DNA of 63,836 nucleotides from NCBI GenBank assembly GCA_002633005.1, contig NMRA01000026.1, positions 1 through 63,836 on the forward strand. Direction: 5' to 3'. Under the pieces are notes generated by a model. That model was not told the origin of the DNA, ran no database searches, and saw nothing but the letters and a program-made list of their open reading frames with translations. Below, in pieces: positions 41,401 through 56,400 of the stretch; positions within the stretch are counted from its first letter, which is position 1; each line of letters opens with the position of its first letter. The position numbers and the translations under genes are program-made. This DNA comes from Phoronis australis (taxonomy: Eukaryota; Animalia; Phoronida).

Positions 41401-44400
41401 CTTTTTAAGAAACTTATTGTTAAAATCTACTGCTACTGCTGCAATTCCGCACTTATTTAGAACATAATATGAAAGATAAGTCAATTCCATTTTGTCAATT
41501 TCTTCACAAAAATCCAAATTCAAAATTTAAGTGCTACAGTTTTGTACTGCATAGGTTTCACAAAACAACATTTGATGCTATTACAACTAACTGTAGCGAT
41601 TGTAATCAGAAAGTGAAAAATGAAAAAGGACAATTTTGGCAATTAATTTTGGCAATTAATTTTGGCAATTAATTTTGGGCAAAATAAGTGGAGAATTAGC
41701 ATACTAACTAGCACTAGCACTAGCACTAGCACTAGCACTAGCACTAGCACTAGCACTAGCACTAGCACTAGCACTAGCACTACCACTACCAGTAACACCA
41801 CAGAACAACAATAACTACTACTACTGCTACATCTACTACTGCTACAAGTACTACAGCTACCAGATGTGCACTGTTAGTACTACTGTGCTTTCTATTGCTA
41901 TTGCATCAATGGTAAAGCTTCTTCAAAGAAGAACACCACATCAGGAAAAAAGAAATGTCAATTTCTGAAAGTTCTCAAGAACACTAACAGGAAGGCAGCA
42001 ATAACTTTGAAGAAGCCTCACCACGCTACCCCAACCATCACTGGTGATACTACACAGCTGCAATGTTTTATTACTCAAACCAATTGAAGCTGTATTTGAT
42101 AGGTGATAGTGGTATAGCTGACCGTTTGAAAATAATCAGAGGTATGTTGTGATAACATGCATTTAGTGTTACCATGGAGACACAGCCAGGAAGCTGCATT
42201 GTGCGGGGCAAACAAAGCACCAGGAAGCATGGAACAGCTGGTCACAGCTGTGTGAAGGGGATACAACCAGGAAGCTGTACTGAGCGGAACAAACAAAAAC
42301 TCAGGCAAAAAGTAAGGATTTCCAACACGATTTAATATGAATGAAAACAACACCAGCAAGCAAACTGTTAAAGGGAACAATAAACCTCCACCTGGAAAAG
42401 ACTGGGAATCACTAAACACACCAATTGCCAGAAGGTCACTCTGAGGTCAGTGAAGCCAATGGGTCATTATAAAAACTCTCGAGGGAGGTCGAGGGGTTCT
42501 GAGAACGAATCTTACGAGCATTATCCCTTTAAATCCTCTTTTCAGCAAACAGAGGTTGCATGAGTGCTAAGAGATCAAGCAGCGTGGGGTGTGAGGTAAT
42601 AGGGCGCCACCTGTCATACCTTGAGGGAAACTATCGCGGACAAGTAGATAACCCAAGAATGACTTTCGCACTGAGAATCAAAGGTTAGAGGTCACAGATC
42701 AAGACAATGGGAAGACTAGCTGATAGATGTGAAAAATTTAAGGCATAAACAATTACAGCTCAGGGGCCCGTTCTAAGTACTTAAGTCTAAGATTTGTCTC
42801 AACTTCCAAACTTTGAAAATATCACATCCAGCAAGTTAGTCAAAATTAAGTCAAACTTAAGATCTCTGTTTAAAAACAGCCTTGAGACAAATTAAATTTT
42901 TATCACTATGGTAGTTGAAATTTTAGATTTGTCTTAGCTAAGTCAGTTTTCTTGGAACGTGCCCCAGGTGAATAGAGCAATAGTGAGACGTATCCACCAA
43001 CAAAATGCTGCACGAAATTTTGAGTACGCATTTAAAGCATTCCATCAAAATGAATTGAACTTTGCTCTTTTGATACTTTTGTCAAAGGTCAAAGTTCATG
43101 ACATGCTGACATCAATGAGATGGATCACTCAAGGTACAAATTGAAAGATCAAGATATGATAAGGCTGTCCTGTAACTCAACAATGAAAACTATTTCAACA
43201 TCATTATATCTAAGCAAACTTTGAAAGAAACAGGAGTTAGGATTAAAGTGGGAAACATAGAAAGTAATTTCAGATGTATCAATAACACCAAAATCATTTA
43301 CAACAGAGGTTTTTCATTTCTTTAAACGTAAATGCAAACTGGCTGAAAATCTATTATATAACAAATGACAAATTTAAAACTTGGATTTCGACAAGCATGG
43401 TGGAACGTTAACATGCATTTAAAAGATATGTTACATCAAGCCAAATTTGATGATTTTTCTCTAAAGAATGGACTAAAAATTCTTGATAAAACAGAAAATG
43501 ATATTTTTCAAATTTTCTGGTCCACTCACAATATCTTTTTTAATTCTCTAATTATTTTACGTCCCTTGCCATCATCATGATATTAAATCTGGAAAAACCT
43601 TTTCCATCGCATCATTTTAAACAAGTCATAAACTACAACTAAAAGCATCAAGAAACCTTGCTTAAACTTCCCGTCGATGTTTCTAAGCTGTTTAACTTCC
43701 ATTTTTAAATCACAATTACTTTACATCAAGTATTTCATCAGGCACAGTGGGCGAATGGTAGTATACCTATTACCCAACCACAAGTGGTGGTAGTATGTCA
43801 ATCATCCAACCACAAGTGACGGTAGTATGTCTATCGTCCAACCACAAGTGGTGGTAGTATGTCTATCATCCAACCACAAGTGACGGTAGTATGTCTATCG
43901 TCCAACCACAAGTGACGGTAGTATGTCTATCATCCAACCACAAGTGGTGGTAGTATGTCTATCATCCAACCACAAGTGACGGTAGTGTGTCTATCGTCCA
44001 ACCACAAGTGATACTTACGTGTGACCGCGTTGATGATGACAGGCTGTAGTCCGAGCCCAGCGCTGGTCTCCGCCACGATAGTGAATGAATACTCCGAGCT
44101 TGGATAGAGGCCACTGATGGTGAGCTCTGGAGCAGACGTCACAATGGTGGCATTAATGAAGGGGTACCTGAAGGGGTACCTGGTAGTACCTGGATAGACG
44201 AGGGGGATAGAACGTTAAGTGGACATTCAGGCCAATATGCTGACAAAAGCACCCATAGACAGGCAAGGCAATGAGATGGTGACAAGATGGCCATCTTATG
44301 AAAATGATAAGCTAGAAGTTGCATTGAATGAACAGTCACATTTTTTGCAAATGAGCTACGGACATGGTAAAAATTTAGTTGACAAACACCAAAATTTGCT

Positions 44401-47400
44401 GACATGCAACACCTTGAGTTGAAATACAGAAGACCAGTAAAATGTAGCTGCTTTCAAGTTGTTAACTAAATAAGAAAACATGGCAATTTTGAGAAATTAC
44501 TGTGCTCGGACATTTTTAACAGTATTTAAAAATGAAAGGGGAAATTGTTTTCACTCACAATGATTCTGTTTATGAATTTTTCATCAATAAAATCCATAGT
44601 TTCAAAGAAAATAAAAAATCTTTAAAAGGTCGTTTTGATAAAGAAATCTCATCCGAAAGAACCACACTTTTATTGGTTCTCAAATTAGGACAACATGCTT
44701 TATAGCCTTGCATTCCTTCATTGACATTTGAGCAAACTGAGCAAAAAACAAAACAAGGCTTGAAAAAACTCTATCTTATGCATACTTGAATAGCAAATAT
44801 TATAATTTGTAAATTTCAATATCCACTTACGCGCATCAGAAGTTACGGTGGAATTTGGCGACACATCTATGGAAGTGGTGACGGGCGCTGTCTGAACTGT
44901 TTCATAAGTGATGTGATATCTGAGTATGACACCTGCAGGGTCGTCCGGTGCACTCCACTTTAACTGGACGCTGGATTGGTACACTGTGATGACCACGTTC
45001 TTCACGGGACCAGGTCCTGAGAGAAATAGCGGGTTTGTGATTATAAATACCCGTAAGGAATTCACGTAAATCCCCATACCCTAGTTCACATTATCATAAA
45101 TACCAAGCACTTTCCCATTTCAGGAATCCTACTGTTCACCAGTAACTACAACACATTCTTTTCCAATACAAACATCCTTTGCATTTAAACAACAAAGAAA
45201 CTGAATATAATACAGTCTCACAGAATGCCCTCTTCAACAAAACCATTGCTTTGGTCAATAGTTTCAGGTGGAACCCCTTGTGTGGTTCTTTATACTGCGA
45301 GATAGTGTTAATCATTGTACTCAATAACTACTTCAAGCTAAACGTCATTCACAGATTATCATTTAATATATGGTCAAAGCAATATGGACTCCTGTCAAAT
45401 GAAAACGGGCGAATTCCACGATGAGACACTAGAATGGGTTACTATCTATGTAGTACTCGGGAGCTTTGAAGTGACGATAAAACAAGATGGTGGTCTTACT
45501 ATCTTCTAATGTTTTTGCCGTCACGGTTCTACTAAAGGGTCCGTCTCCTGGAGTTACTTGTTCAGTGTAGGCCTGTATCCTAAATGTGTAGCTGGAATGT
45601 GGAGCCAGGCCACTGGAACACAATGATAGCAATGCAGTACAAAAACAAACAGAAAACTAATGCTCAACAGATGGCGCTTCGGATAAACAAGTGGTACATT
45701 AATGCTCACGTGCACACAATATTGTGGAAACATAGAGAAATTCTTTGCGATGACTTTTCCATGAGAGGAACATTGTAATTATCCATTTTCCACACAGTTA
45801 CCACATTGTTGCAAATGCTCGAGATTTTACGTAATGTTGCTTGGTAATAGCTACACCATACAAACAAAGTAAATTTTCCTGAAAAGTCAAACTATTTTGT
45901 AGAGAAATGAACATTTAACAAAATGAACTTTAACCTTTCCGCCATATTGTATTCCAAACAGAAAAACTTAACACCTTCACACGTCAAAACCATACCAAAA
46001 ATCTTAAACATTTCCAGCTTCATAATAGATCTAGTTGTAAAAACAAAGTACCTGATCAGCTGCTGTGATGTTGAGCCACCTAAGACAGGAATGAGACGGC
46101 GAGTCTCGTCAGATTTTTTTATCTCCAGCCTATAGCCACTGATGATGCTGTTTTGTTTCTCTGCCCTGACTGCCTCCCATGTGACCAGAACCTTGCTTGA
46201 TGATTGGGCGACAGCCTTGAAGTTTTCTGGGGAGCCTGACGGTGCTTTAATAAAAAAATGATCAGCTTGGATGTTGCATCCAGTGAAAAGCCATGTACAA
46301 AATAATCAACAACAAAAATTGAAGTTTTAATGCACCCCCAATATTTCTATTGTCAGTATTATTGTTATTTTATCATTTTATTATTTATTCCTATTGCTAA
46401 TGCTCATTGCTGTTATTATAGCTTAATCTTAGTTTTTGGTGACAGATTCTAATTGCTTCCAAAATCCAAGTCCAAATGTTGATTCAACTGAGATCTTACA
46501 TGTATTATATTCTGGTCGGGATAGATATTTGAAAAAAACGCATAATCTCTCCGCAAGAGATGCTTTCTTTCATCAGTAAACTAAAAACTTAATTAATTCA
46601 TTCATTTGATATGGAAAACATCTTCTTTACTGCCAAGACTCGGAAATAATTCTCCTTTAGATGCTCCGCTTTGGCTCTTTTGCTTTTAAGTATTAACTTT
46701 TCCCTACTTTTTTGTGATCTTCAGACGCATGTTGCAGTCTACAGAGTGCTTTCATTTGTGTATGCCTGTGATGGGAATGTGTCAAACAGTCACAAGTATT
46801 ATTCATGTGTATGTTTGTTTAGGTGTGTCCACTCTAGTCTCACTGTAGAGCAGATAAACAGTTTTACTGCTATAGACAAGAAACTTCACTGCGGTCACTG
46901 CTGTGTTGGTCACATGTTGATTATGAGGAAATTGAACGGAAAAAGTTCCCGTTTTTTTATTTGAGAGAAAGTATTTTTACTAAACACCAAAATATGGAAC
47001 ATTAAGTAAACGAGCACTCCAAGTAAATTTTTAGAAGCAAGATCATTAAAATTTTTTTCATAATAATGTTACAACTAACTGACATGTTATTGACTGTCAC
47101 AGTTACCTTCAGCAAACGTCCTAGCTGTCATCCCTGCACTGCGTGGACTCTCCCCAACAGTGTTATACCCTGCCACTTCAAAAATGTATACCCTCCATGG
47201 CAGGAGCCCAGCAATTACAACACTAGACTGGCCAGCAGACGTGTTAGCTGACACCATAACAACAGTGGAGTCATTACGCCTGTAGTACACCTTGTATCCC
47301 AGGAGTGGACCATTCTGCTCTTCATCAACGATTGGCTGTTGAAATAGAGGCCAGAAATCAGTGGATGAATAATTACGCATTTCAATCAAACACTGCCAAA

Positions 47401-50400
47401 CTATTTTTTCACTAATAGTTTTTATGCTGAACAGGCAATATGTTCGAGTCTCTAACCATCAAGTGACAATTATCTTGGCTTTTCTTAACAAATCCATACA
47501 GTACACCTTTCAGTAACTATAGAAACAAATTCACATGCATTAACTTACCTGCCATGAGACTTGAATTTCTCGGCTAGACTTGACCAACAGCTGGGTACTA
47601 CGGGGTGTACCACTGGGGGCTGAAAAGTTGATAATGGTTGCATTTAGAGTATAGCAAAAAAACGAACACTAGTGAAAACTCTTCCGTTTGAAATAAGAAA
47701 ATAAACATTTGAGAGTCAAGATGATATGAATATCATGTGTTTTATTCCATTTTCACAATAAGAAAATCTGGCGTCAATTTCCACATCTGGAATTCAAGAG
47801 ACAGAATAAAATTGAATAATGTACTATCGACAACTGATGACGGTATTTATCCCCAATAAACGTCTGAACAGCAAATAACTACCTGGTAATAACATTTATT
47901 GTAATAACAGTTATTGTAATAACAGTTATTCCCTGTGGGAGACTACTATTGACCAAGAATGCATGATTGACACACTGCACCGTTGTATAGAAAACGCTCA
48001 GATGTGTAGGTTCATGCACTGTGCTGTGTAGGGGTGACTGATGTCGAGAACAACAAAAATCAAATTTTAATTTCTGTGTGTAGTTGCGTTTATAGCTCAA
48101 AATGAAGGCTAAACACATTTTCAAATGTCCTCAGTTGTTAGTTCCGGTATCTAGTCGCTCCGGGGATTTGGAAATATTGTCACACCCAGGATTGGCACCC
48201 CTCATGTGAAAACAAATCCAAATCTCTTTCGTAATCAAGATACTGGATAAAACAGCCTGGCCATGCAACGAACTGTATTGACGTGATGTGGCACGGAGCA
48301 TGCTGCATAGACTACGCAAAGATTGAAAACAATAAAGAAAATGTATCTATAATGAGTCCGAAATGATGAACATGAAAATTCCATCATTATTAGGTAAAAC
48401 TGGTCTACCAAGTTGAACATGAATCGTGTCTCTACACTTCAGCAGTTATGTCATGCTATGCTAGGTCATTTACTTTATCTATGTTCAGTTGAGAGTAGTT
48501 TTGTTCCGCAGGTATGAACAACGTAACGGAATAAAGACTGTGAACAATGAGAAATGTCGTGCGTTTAACCAATTCTGTATAACCGAAAACTTGCTCCCGA
48601 AGTACAGCCAATTATGTTATCATGTATCAGCACATGATGAACACATGACATTTAACTCGGACACTGTTATAACTGCATACCTCCGCTCAAAATTCAAAAC
48701 TGAACGTAAGAAATGAAAAGGTGACTAAATGTCACATGCCTTACCGGCCATTTTTGTTGTCACCAGAACACTTTCACTGAAATTGCCCCACAAAGTAACT
48801 CCTTGTTCAACTGTGGCCCCACGTACACGGAACTCGTACTGACGGTTTGGGTGAAGGTTTTCTATAGCCACAGTGTGAGTAGGTATTGCTGGATTGGTGA
48901 TCTCAAGAACAGTGTAGTCTGAAACACAAAACATAATTGCAAAGGAGAATAAATAATATCAAATTTGGATTCAACATCTTTCCTCAGTTTTTACAAAATA
49001 AGAAATGACACCAAAAGACAAAAGTTTTACACGTACCTCCACCCGTATCACTGCGTCTGTAGTGAAGCTGATATTTACGGATTTCACCATTTTTAATCGC
49101 TGGAGTCTCCCAACTTAACTCTATCTTATTTGCGGTAACCATCACAGATCTCAAATTACGAGGAGCCGACGGGAACGTCTCAAACGTTTTCACCCGCCAC
49201 GGTGCACTGAATATCCCGATACCGATTTCATTTTTTGAAGCCATCCGTACTAAATAATCCTTGGCTGGTGATAGGCCGGTGACTTCAATGGACGTGGTCT
49301 GTGGTGGGATGTTATTTCTGAACTCCGTGTACGCAGCAACGGTGCTGGAAAGAAAGACATGACGGTAAAAATGTGTGTTGCGATGTTTCTCGGACAATGA
49401 TGTCAACAACTTTGTTCCGTATTCGTATATTTCTGTGACAAAAATTTGAGTGCAAGCGAACCACTTCAAGCGTTACGGTCAATCAATGCATCTTGGTGAA
49501 ATAAAAGATTCTTGAAACTTCTACCAAATAGCGAAACATTCACAATTTATTTACACACATTTTCCTTGTGAAAAACCATAATTTCACACTTCAATGAAAC
49601 TTTTTAGCATAAAATCATTAAAGCAGCATTTTCACAGTAATAATGCTTTTAGTAACTCATGTACAATATTTTTTAAAAGTTATGTATGATATCATTGACT
49701 TCCCGGTCAGTCTATTAAGCCAAATGCCTAAAAATTTTTACACTTTTGTCTTATTTCCGCAAATGATATATTTTCTGAAAGTAGAAAGCCTGCAGAATTT
49801 TTACCTAATTCCAATTTGCTGTGAATAGCCCGGATCACGCGATCACAGGTTTTAGAAAAAATTATCAAAAAAGAAATATTGTACACGCAAAAAATGGTTT
49901 CAGATACAAATTTTGTATGATATAAATGTTCAAGATTCAGAAACGCTGTCACAGTTTCCTAACAATTCACATGCATTTGGTGCTACTTTTCTTAACGTTT
50001 ATTTACCCAGAAAGCATATCATTAGTGAACAGTAGATACGGCTGGGATTGGGTGGCCCATTACATAATATTAATAGAACGAATAAGTATCTGAAAAATCA
50101 CTCCTAATGATTGGGCGAATAATTAGCCGAGAATAACATAAAAGGAGGAGGGAAACAGGAAGGGGAGGGACTTTCATACACTCATTCACACTCACATTCA
50201 CACGGTTTAATTAACTTATGTTTACATTTACGTAGATGCATATTTATGAAAAGGTCAATTTTCTTATAATACAAAAAAGAGGTTAAAAAAATAACACCAT
50301 ATATTGTTTGAATCATTTTAAAGAGATGCCTGCAAAACTGGGACTCACACTTCTTTGTACTCTATAACAAAGCCTGTTACATTGTTGTTGGCATCCTGTT

Positions 50401-53400
50401 GAGCTGGTTGCCAGGTGGCGCTGATGCTGGAGGTCGACATGGGCTTGACCTCCTTGAGGATGGGTGGTAGAGGAGGGTCTGAAACATCAACAGTGAAGAA
50501 ATGAATTACAAGAACATTATGCAGCTCTTCTCAATGTAAAGTCATGCTTTTCTACATAAGGGATATTCCTGAAGTGTGCCTTTGCGACATCAAGTACACT
50601 GCAGCAATGCACCCCCCGGGCGCATCTTTTAAAACACTACTCTTCCAAAAATGTAAGACTCTAGTCAACTTACAGCTATTCTTGTTAAACATGACTCTCT
50701 TCCTATTTCCACTACCTTTGCACTAAGTGAGCTGGGCACAACTTTTTGACAAAAGGCACACTTCTTATTATCAGGTGCGCCCAATGGGCACAGGTTCAAA
50801 CCTGGTAAGGAATATCCCTGCTAGTTACCGCACAGCTGACTTGGCAGACATTATCATGGTGCAAAAGGTCCACTTACTGCAGTTCCCAAATTACTCTTCA
50901 AAGAGGCATCATACGTCAGGTAAAAAAATTCTCATCAATAATATGACCGCTCCTTTGTGCTTATTAGTGCTTTATGATCTCACGTTTCTTAAAATGGTCA
51001 ATATTTTTACAACAGTAACGTAATTTGGCCCATAAATTTGAAATTCAGAAATCAACACAGTACACATTTTGAAATTATTACTTAAACACCGCCAGGTGGC
51101 AGTAGCAGGCATTAGTTCCGCGTGAACAATAACCACTGTTCTGAGAGAACATTCTTGAGTTCTGATACTGACCTTTGACCGATATTGTGACAGTCAACAC
51201 GGATGAGCCTGCAGCATTTTTTGCTGAGCATGAGTACTGTCCAGCGTCACTCTTACGCATGAATTGAATCACCAACTGGTTTGGCTGGGAGAACGTAATT
51301 CGACCTTCCGAGTCAGCCACGAGGGTGGATCCATCTTTCAACCACGTGATCCTGGGTGTGGGGCTTCCTACGAGGTTACACGTGAGTGACAGCTGGTTGT
51401 TCTCCCCAATGACTTTATTACCGCTGATTGATGTAATTGATGGAGGCACTACAAGGCATAGAGTAAAGAGAGCTGGAATAAGCAAATCCCAAAATGCTCA
51501 TCACCAGAAGTTGAGCCCCAAGCGTGATTGGTGGTTCTTTTGGCGAATAAAGTGGAACCACCTATCACAGCAAAGCTATTCATAGCTGTATTTCGTGTAA
51601 CAAAATGAATTCTTTTATGGCTATTGTAATGTTTGTAAAATAAAAAATTAAATACACACTGATGTTTGGAGCCATTAAGCAACAGTTACAAGAGAAAGGT
51701 GTTGGTAAACACCACACAATGAGAAGTTAAATATTTAGTGGCTAGACCATCTCTAAGGTTAGCAGAAGGTCCTGGGTTCAAGTCCCAGTCAGGGGCAGAA
51801 ATTTTTTCTGACTTGTGTCCATTAGGTCACGTGATGTGGCCAATAGGTGGCGTGCAGACCAGACTCAAAAACAGATGACACATCACCCTAGCATAGCGCA
51901 ATATTCAATGTCGAATCCAATTTAACAAATCCATCAAGTTTTAGTTGTTACCACGGTGACCCTACTGATACGAACCTTGAACAATGACTGTTGCTGCAGC
52001 AGTGATTAGCGATACGCTATTCATTGCCTGGCAGGTGTATATCCCAGCATGCTCCGGACCCACAGAGGTCACTGTAAGCAAGCTGTTGCCTACTGACAGA
52101 CTCACACCAGAGGGCAGGCTAGTCTGCTGCTGAAATGAGCATGAAGATTTTCTTGATAGCAAGCAATCTTATCATAACAACTCTTTTGATCATGTTTAAT
52201 GTAGTACACAAGGGCCAAGAAGAAGATCTCAACCATGTAATTTTGCATGGCCATGAATGCAAATGAGTTGACCATTTCTTTGAGTAATTATTATAATGTA
52301 ATCCACGATGGACAACATCCTCAAAGCCAGGCACTTCATAACTTGCGATTTCAGTGGAGGCAGAATTACTGATAGCTTTTGCGTTGTTTCTAGTATTGCT
52401 CTCAGACAGGATAGATCTCATCAATAGTGTTGTGGTTGGGAAAGCCATCGTTGTGCTGTGTTGAATTGTTCATTGAGCCATGCACAAACATGAGGGGACA
52501 GAGGGCCGCTCCAGTAACGATGGGGTGGCCTGCTCACGGAGCTTTGATGGCAATGTGTGCTCCAGCAACTATCAATTAGGAAACCAAAATCGTAATATTC
52601 CTCAAGAGACCGAAACTGTGCTGCTCCACTGCACAACAATACAAAGCAAATCAATCTTAACGCAAAGTATTACGCACGCCAATAACAAGACATGGGTAAC
52701 CGTGAATGAAGAAGTGCACAGTGTACAACCATACCTGAAAGGTCCACGTGACAACAGGTGGCGGAATGCCCGACACTTTACACTCCAGCGTCAGAGAAGC
52801 TGACTGGTTCACGGTGACATCTGCTGGCCTCTTTATGAATGATGGGGTGACTGAAAGAGAATAGACAATCGAAAAGATGCCTGCAAGGTTATTAACCAAA
52901 AACCTCACAAAAATTACCCACAAGACATTATAAGGAATGGCTGACACGGCAGTGTATACCCAATTACACAACCACCAGACCATGACTTGCTACAACAACG
53001 CCACCTGTCAGTCAACTACCAACACATGAATATGCCTAACCAGGAGCAACTGTGTCATTTCCACACAATTTCAATTGGGCGTCAATTAAGTCTTAATAAA
53101 ATAACTATACTTACATTAGAGCCTATATAAGCCCACTTGCCTTAAAAAAATTATTTAGACCACTGTCTTGTGAAAACACTTAAATTGTTGTTCCTTCCAC
53201 TCAACAGAGATGGTATCGGTGCTTGCAATGAACTGGATGAGTGTAATTCCCTGAGATCAGCCTCAACAAGCTGGTTTGTGGCAGTGGGTCATTCTATGCA
53301 CCAAGTATGATCACAAATAACCAAATGACAGAGACTATCCCAAGTCTAAGTAAGAAACAAGTTAGTTAAGACTAGTTTTATACCAGTATCGGTTCTAAAT

Positions 53401-56400
53401 AAAGTTTTGTTTCAAATTGATGAATTGTGGGGTTTACAACTGTAGCTTTAGTTAAATGCCACCACTTAGATGATGATTAAAAGAAATTTTATTTGATGAT
53501 AAAGTTGCACTCACCATGAACGGCCAGTGTGCCACTACTCATATCTTGACCACCCTCGTTAGTGGCGGAGCACTTATATTGACCCTGGTCAGCAGTGGTC
53601 ACCGTAACTATCTCCAGACCATTAGTAGAAAACACAATGTTGGACGACGCCTCAATTTTTGTGTTTTCTGAAAGAAAAAGCGTACTCACTCCGCTTCACC
53701 ATCTATCAAAATTTCAGAAATTCATCAAATTTTTAAACCAAATTTTCAATGGAATTGAACAGTTTTCCATATGTCATTACAAGGCTAAGTGCATAAAAAC
53801 AAAATGAGATAAAACTGCCCACTAAACAAATTGATAATTGGATTTATGAATATGATTTTTGTCTACACTGAAATAATGGAAGACCCGACAACTAGTTTAT
53901 TTTAAAATGTCTCCAACATTCAAAAGTGAGGCACAAATACAAATTGAACGATAGTTGAAAAAACCGTGCGAAGCGAAAACAGAATTCCCTGTCACTTGAA
54001 CAACAAATAAAGAATGTTTTGAAACATTTATTCAGTTGCACTCGTGCAATATAAACAAACAGTAAAACTGAACTGTAATGATAACGAACTATAAGTTAAT
54101 GTTATCAAACTCTTTCCGTCACTCGCGTTCCCCATCGGCCAAAATAATATTTCCAGTCTTCTGCCGAAATTCATCAACAGTAGTTGAAAACTTGCAATCG
54201 GGAATTGTTCTCAAATATAATTTAGAATTATTTCTCATTTCCAAAAAAGTGTATTACTACTACTACTACTACTACTATGTTTTTGGTAAATTGAAACACA
54301 GCAAGCATTTGACCTATCTTCAGATGTAAATATATTAAATAAATGTAATTTAAAGTCTGGCATTGTTAAAACAATTTGTTAAGGATGCCAAATTGAGAAC
54401 TACCTTTGTACCACGTCACGGCTGCAGTTGGATCGGCGTAGACATTACAAGAAAGTAGTACCCGATTGCCAGCCACGCCAACAACGTTGCCGATCCCTCG
54501 GATTATCTCAGGAGGAACTGTAAATAGATACAGTGAACGTCACGACCACTAGGGGTCAGCACAATTCAGGTTGACAGAAGATGTCCATCATAACCAGGAA
54601 TGATGGGAACTTAGTGCAAGAAAATTAAGAAATAAATGTTACGATTTAGCCAAAACCATGGTAACCATTAGCCATTATTTTTTTTCTGTTTAATCATCAT
54701 CATGACGGAGAAACAAAAGATTGTCAGATAACTTTTAACATTTGAATGTTTCACTGCTGAAAGCAAGAGCATTTAATGCCTATGTCAGATCAAACCTAAA
54801 CAAGAGATAAAATCCCAGAAATCCTAAATTCAACCGGACTAAAGAGGTGAGCTGGTGAACTTGGACATCCGTAATGCGAACTTGTCAAAATTAAAACTGT
54901 TATGAACCTCGACTAACATATTATGTGAGTGGAGATGCCCAGCTTACTAAAACAAGTCAGTTAATAAATAAATAAAATGTAATTCGATGCAATTTACAGA
55001 AATGCTTAACATGATAAAATTAAAAAAGATTATGGTCTTAACTGCTTTCAGCACATTTTGAACATTCATTTAATTATTAGTTAAAGAAAATGAATCATAT
55101 GGCATCAAACAACATATGCAAACGAAATGTTCTTGTTATAACAAAAAGAATTATTCTCTCATAAAATTTCACTCTTTTCTGAGAAGCATCCCATTTAGGA
55201 ATTTATTAAGTCCGCTCTAAACTACTTTACATTAACATTTGTGGCATCACCTAGACAACCAAAGAATAACAATTAAGACTATGACTTCTTCACTAAAGAT
55301 GGCGCTTCAAGTCTGATAGTTTAATTCTGTTTTGATTCCTTGTCTAAACCTGACGTACCTATGACGAATACAAACACTTGGGGACTTATAGACGTGCGAT
55401 ACTGATTGGTGGCTGTACACTTGTATGTCCCTTCATCGCCCTTGTTCATGTTCGCTATCGTCATCTGCTGATTGGAGTCGCTGCAAACCACAAACGGAGA
55501 AAACAACGTAATGTCAAGAGTGTAATTATTTTCAAAACAAATTGAAAGTCAAATATTTATCCATTTTCAAACACAAGATCGTCAGCTACTGCCCATGTCT
55601 AAATGTTCTAATTTTTCACTTTTACACACACCTGTTCGAATGAACACAATAATTAAAACTTAAAATAATTATGGACTTACAGTTAATTAAAAAACATTTT
55701 TATATGCATGTAAAAAGCCTTCATTCAATGCAATTCCAAAACCACTAACAGTCGAAAATAAAGTAATTAATGCAAGTAAAAGCACAGACACTCTGTAGCT
55801 TACAAAGTTTTTGCTTTTATAATCCCATGCTCTGCTAAATGCAGAATCCAAAATTTTCTGTTATTCAATTCAAAAGACCAAAGTGTTCACGCAGATAAAT
55901 GCAAAAATATCGTCGTCGTCAAACTATATATTATGAACAAAGTGAGCATCAGAAATTTTTGGATACAAAGAGCAAAAATTTGTGAAAAATGTTCCGTAAA
56001 CTCGCTTTAGACAAAGACCGACCATGTGTGATACTAAGGAGATGTTTGTTCAATTTTACAACAATAGAGGTCGCTACTAGACACAACCTGCGCAGGGTGG
56101 TGATGGCAGTCTCAAACAGATGATGAGGTACGTAGTACGTTGTATTGGACAGAACAGACTACGTGTAATTTCAAGAAGAAGCCACAAGAATCTAAACAGA
56201 AAATCACTCCAAAAATCTTTAAACCTAACTATACTGAACAACACTTGTAAGGGCTGTTCCAGTAAAATCCATGTGGGAGGGGGGGGGATGGCAGTAGAAG
56301 TAAAAATTCATGGGTGGTGTTCTTCAGAAAAAACTCAAATTATGGGTGGTAGGTCCTGTAAGAAGTGATGCATTAATAATGGGTGGTATTTTTTGACCTG

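Noticed and set aside
43774-44010. 32-bp repeats as a CRISPR array or coding extension
   Set aside because: No spacers and no cas genes; the repeats lie beyond the gtaagt donor at 44018.
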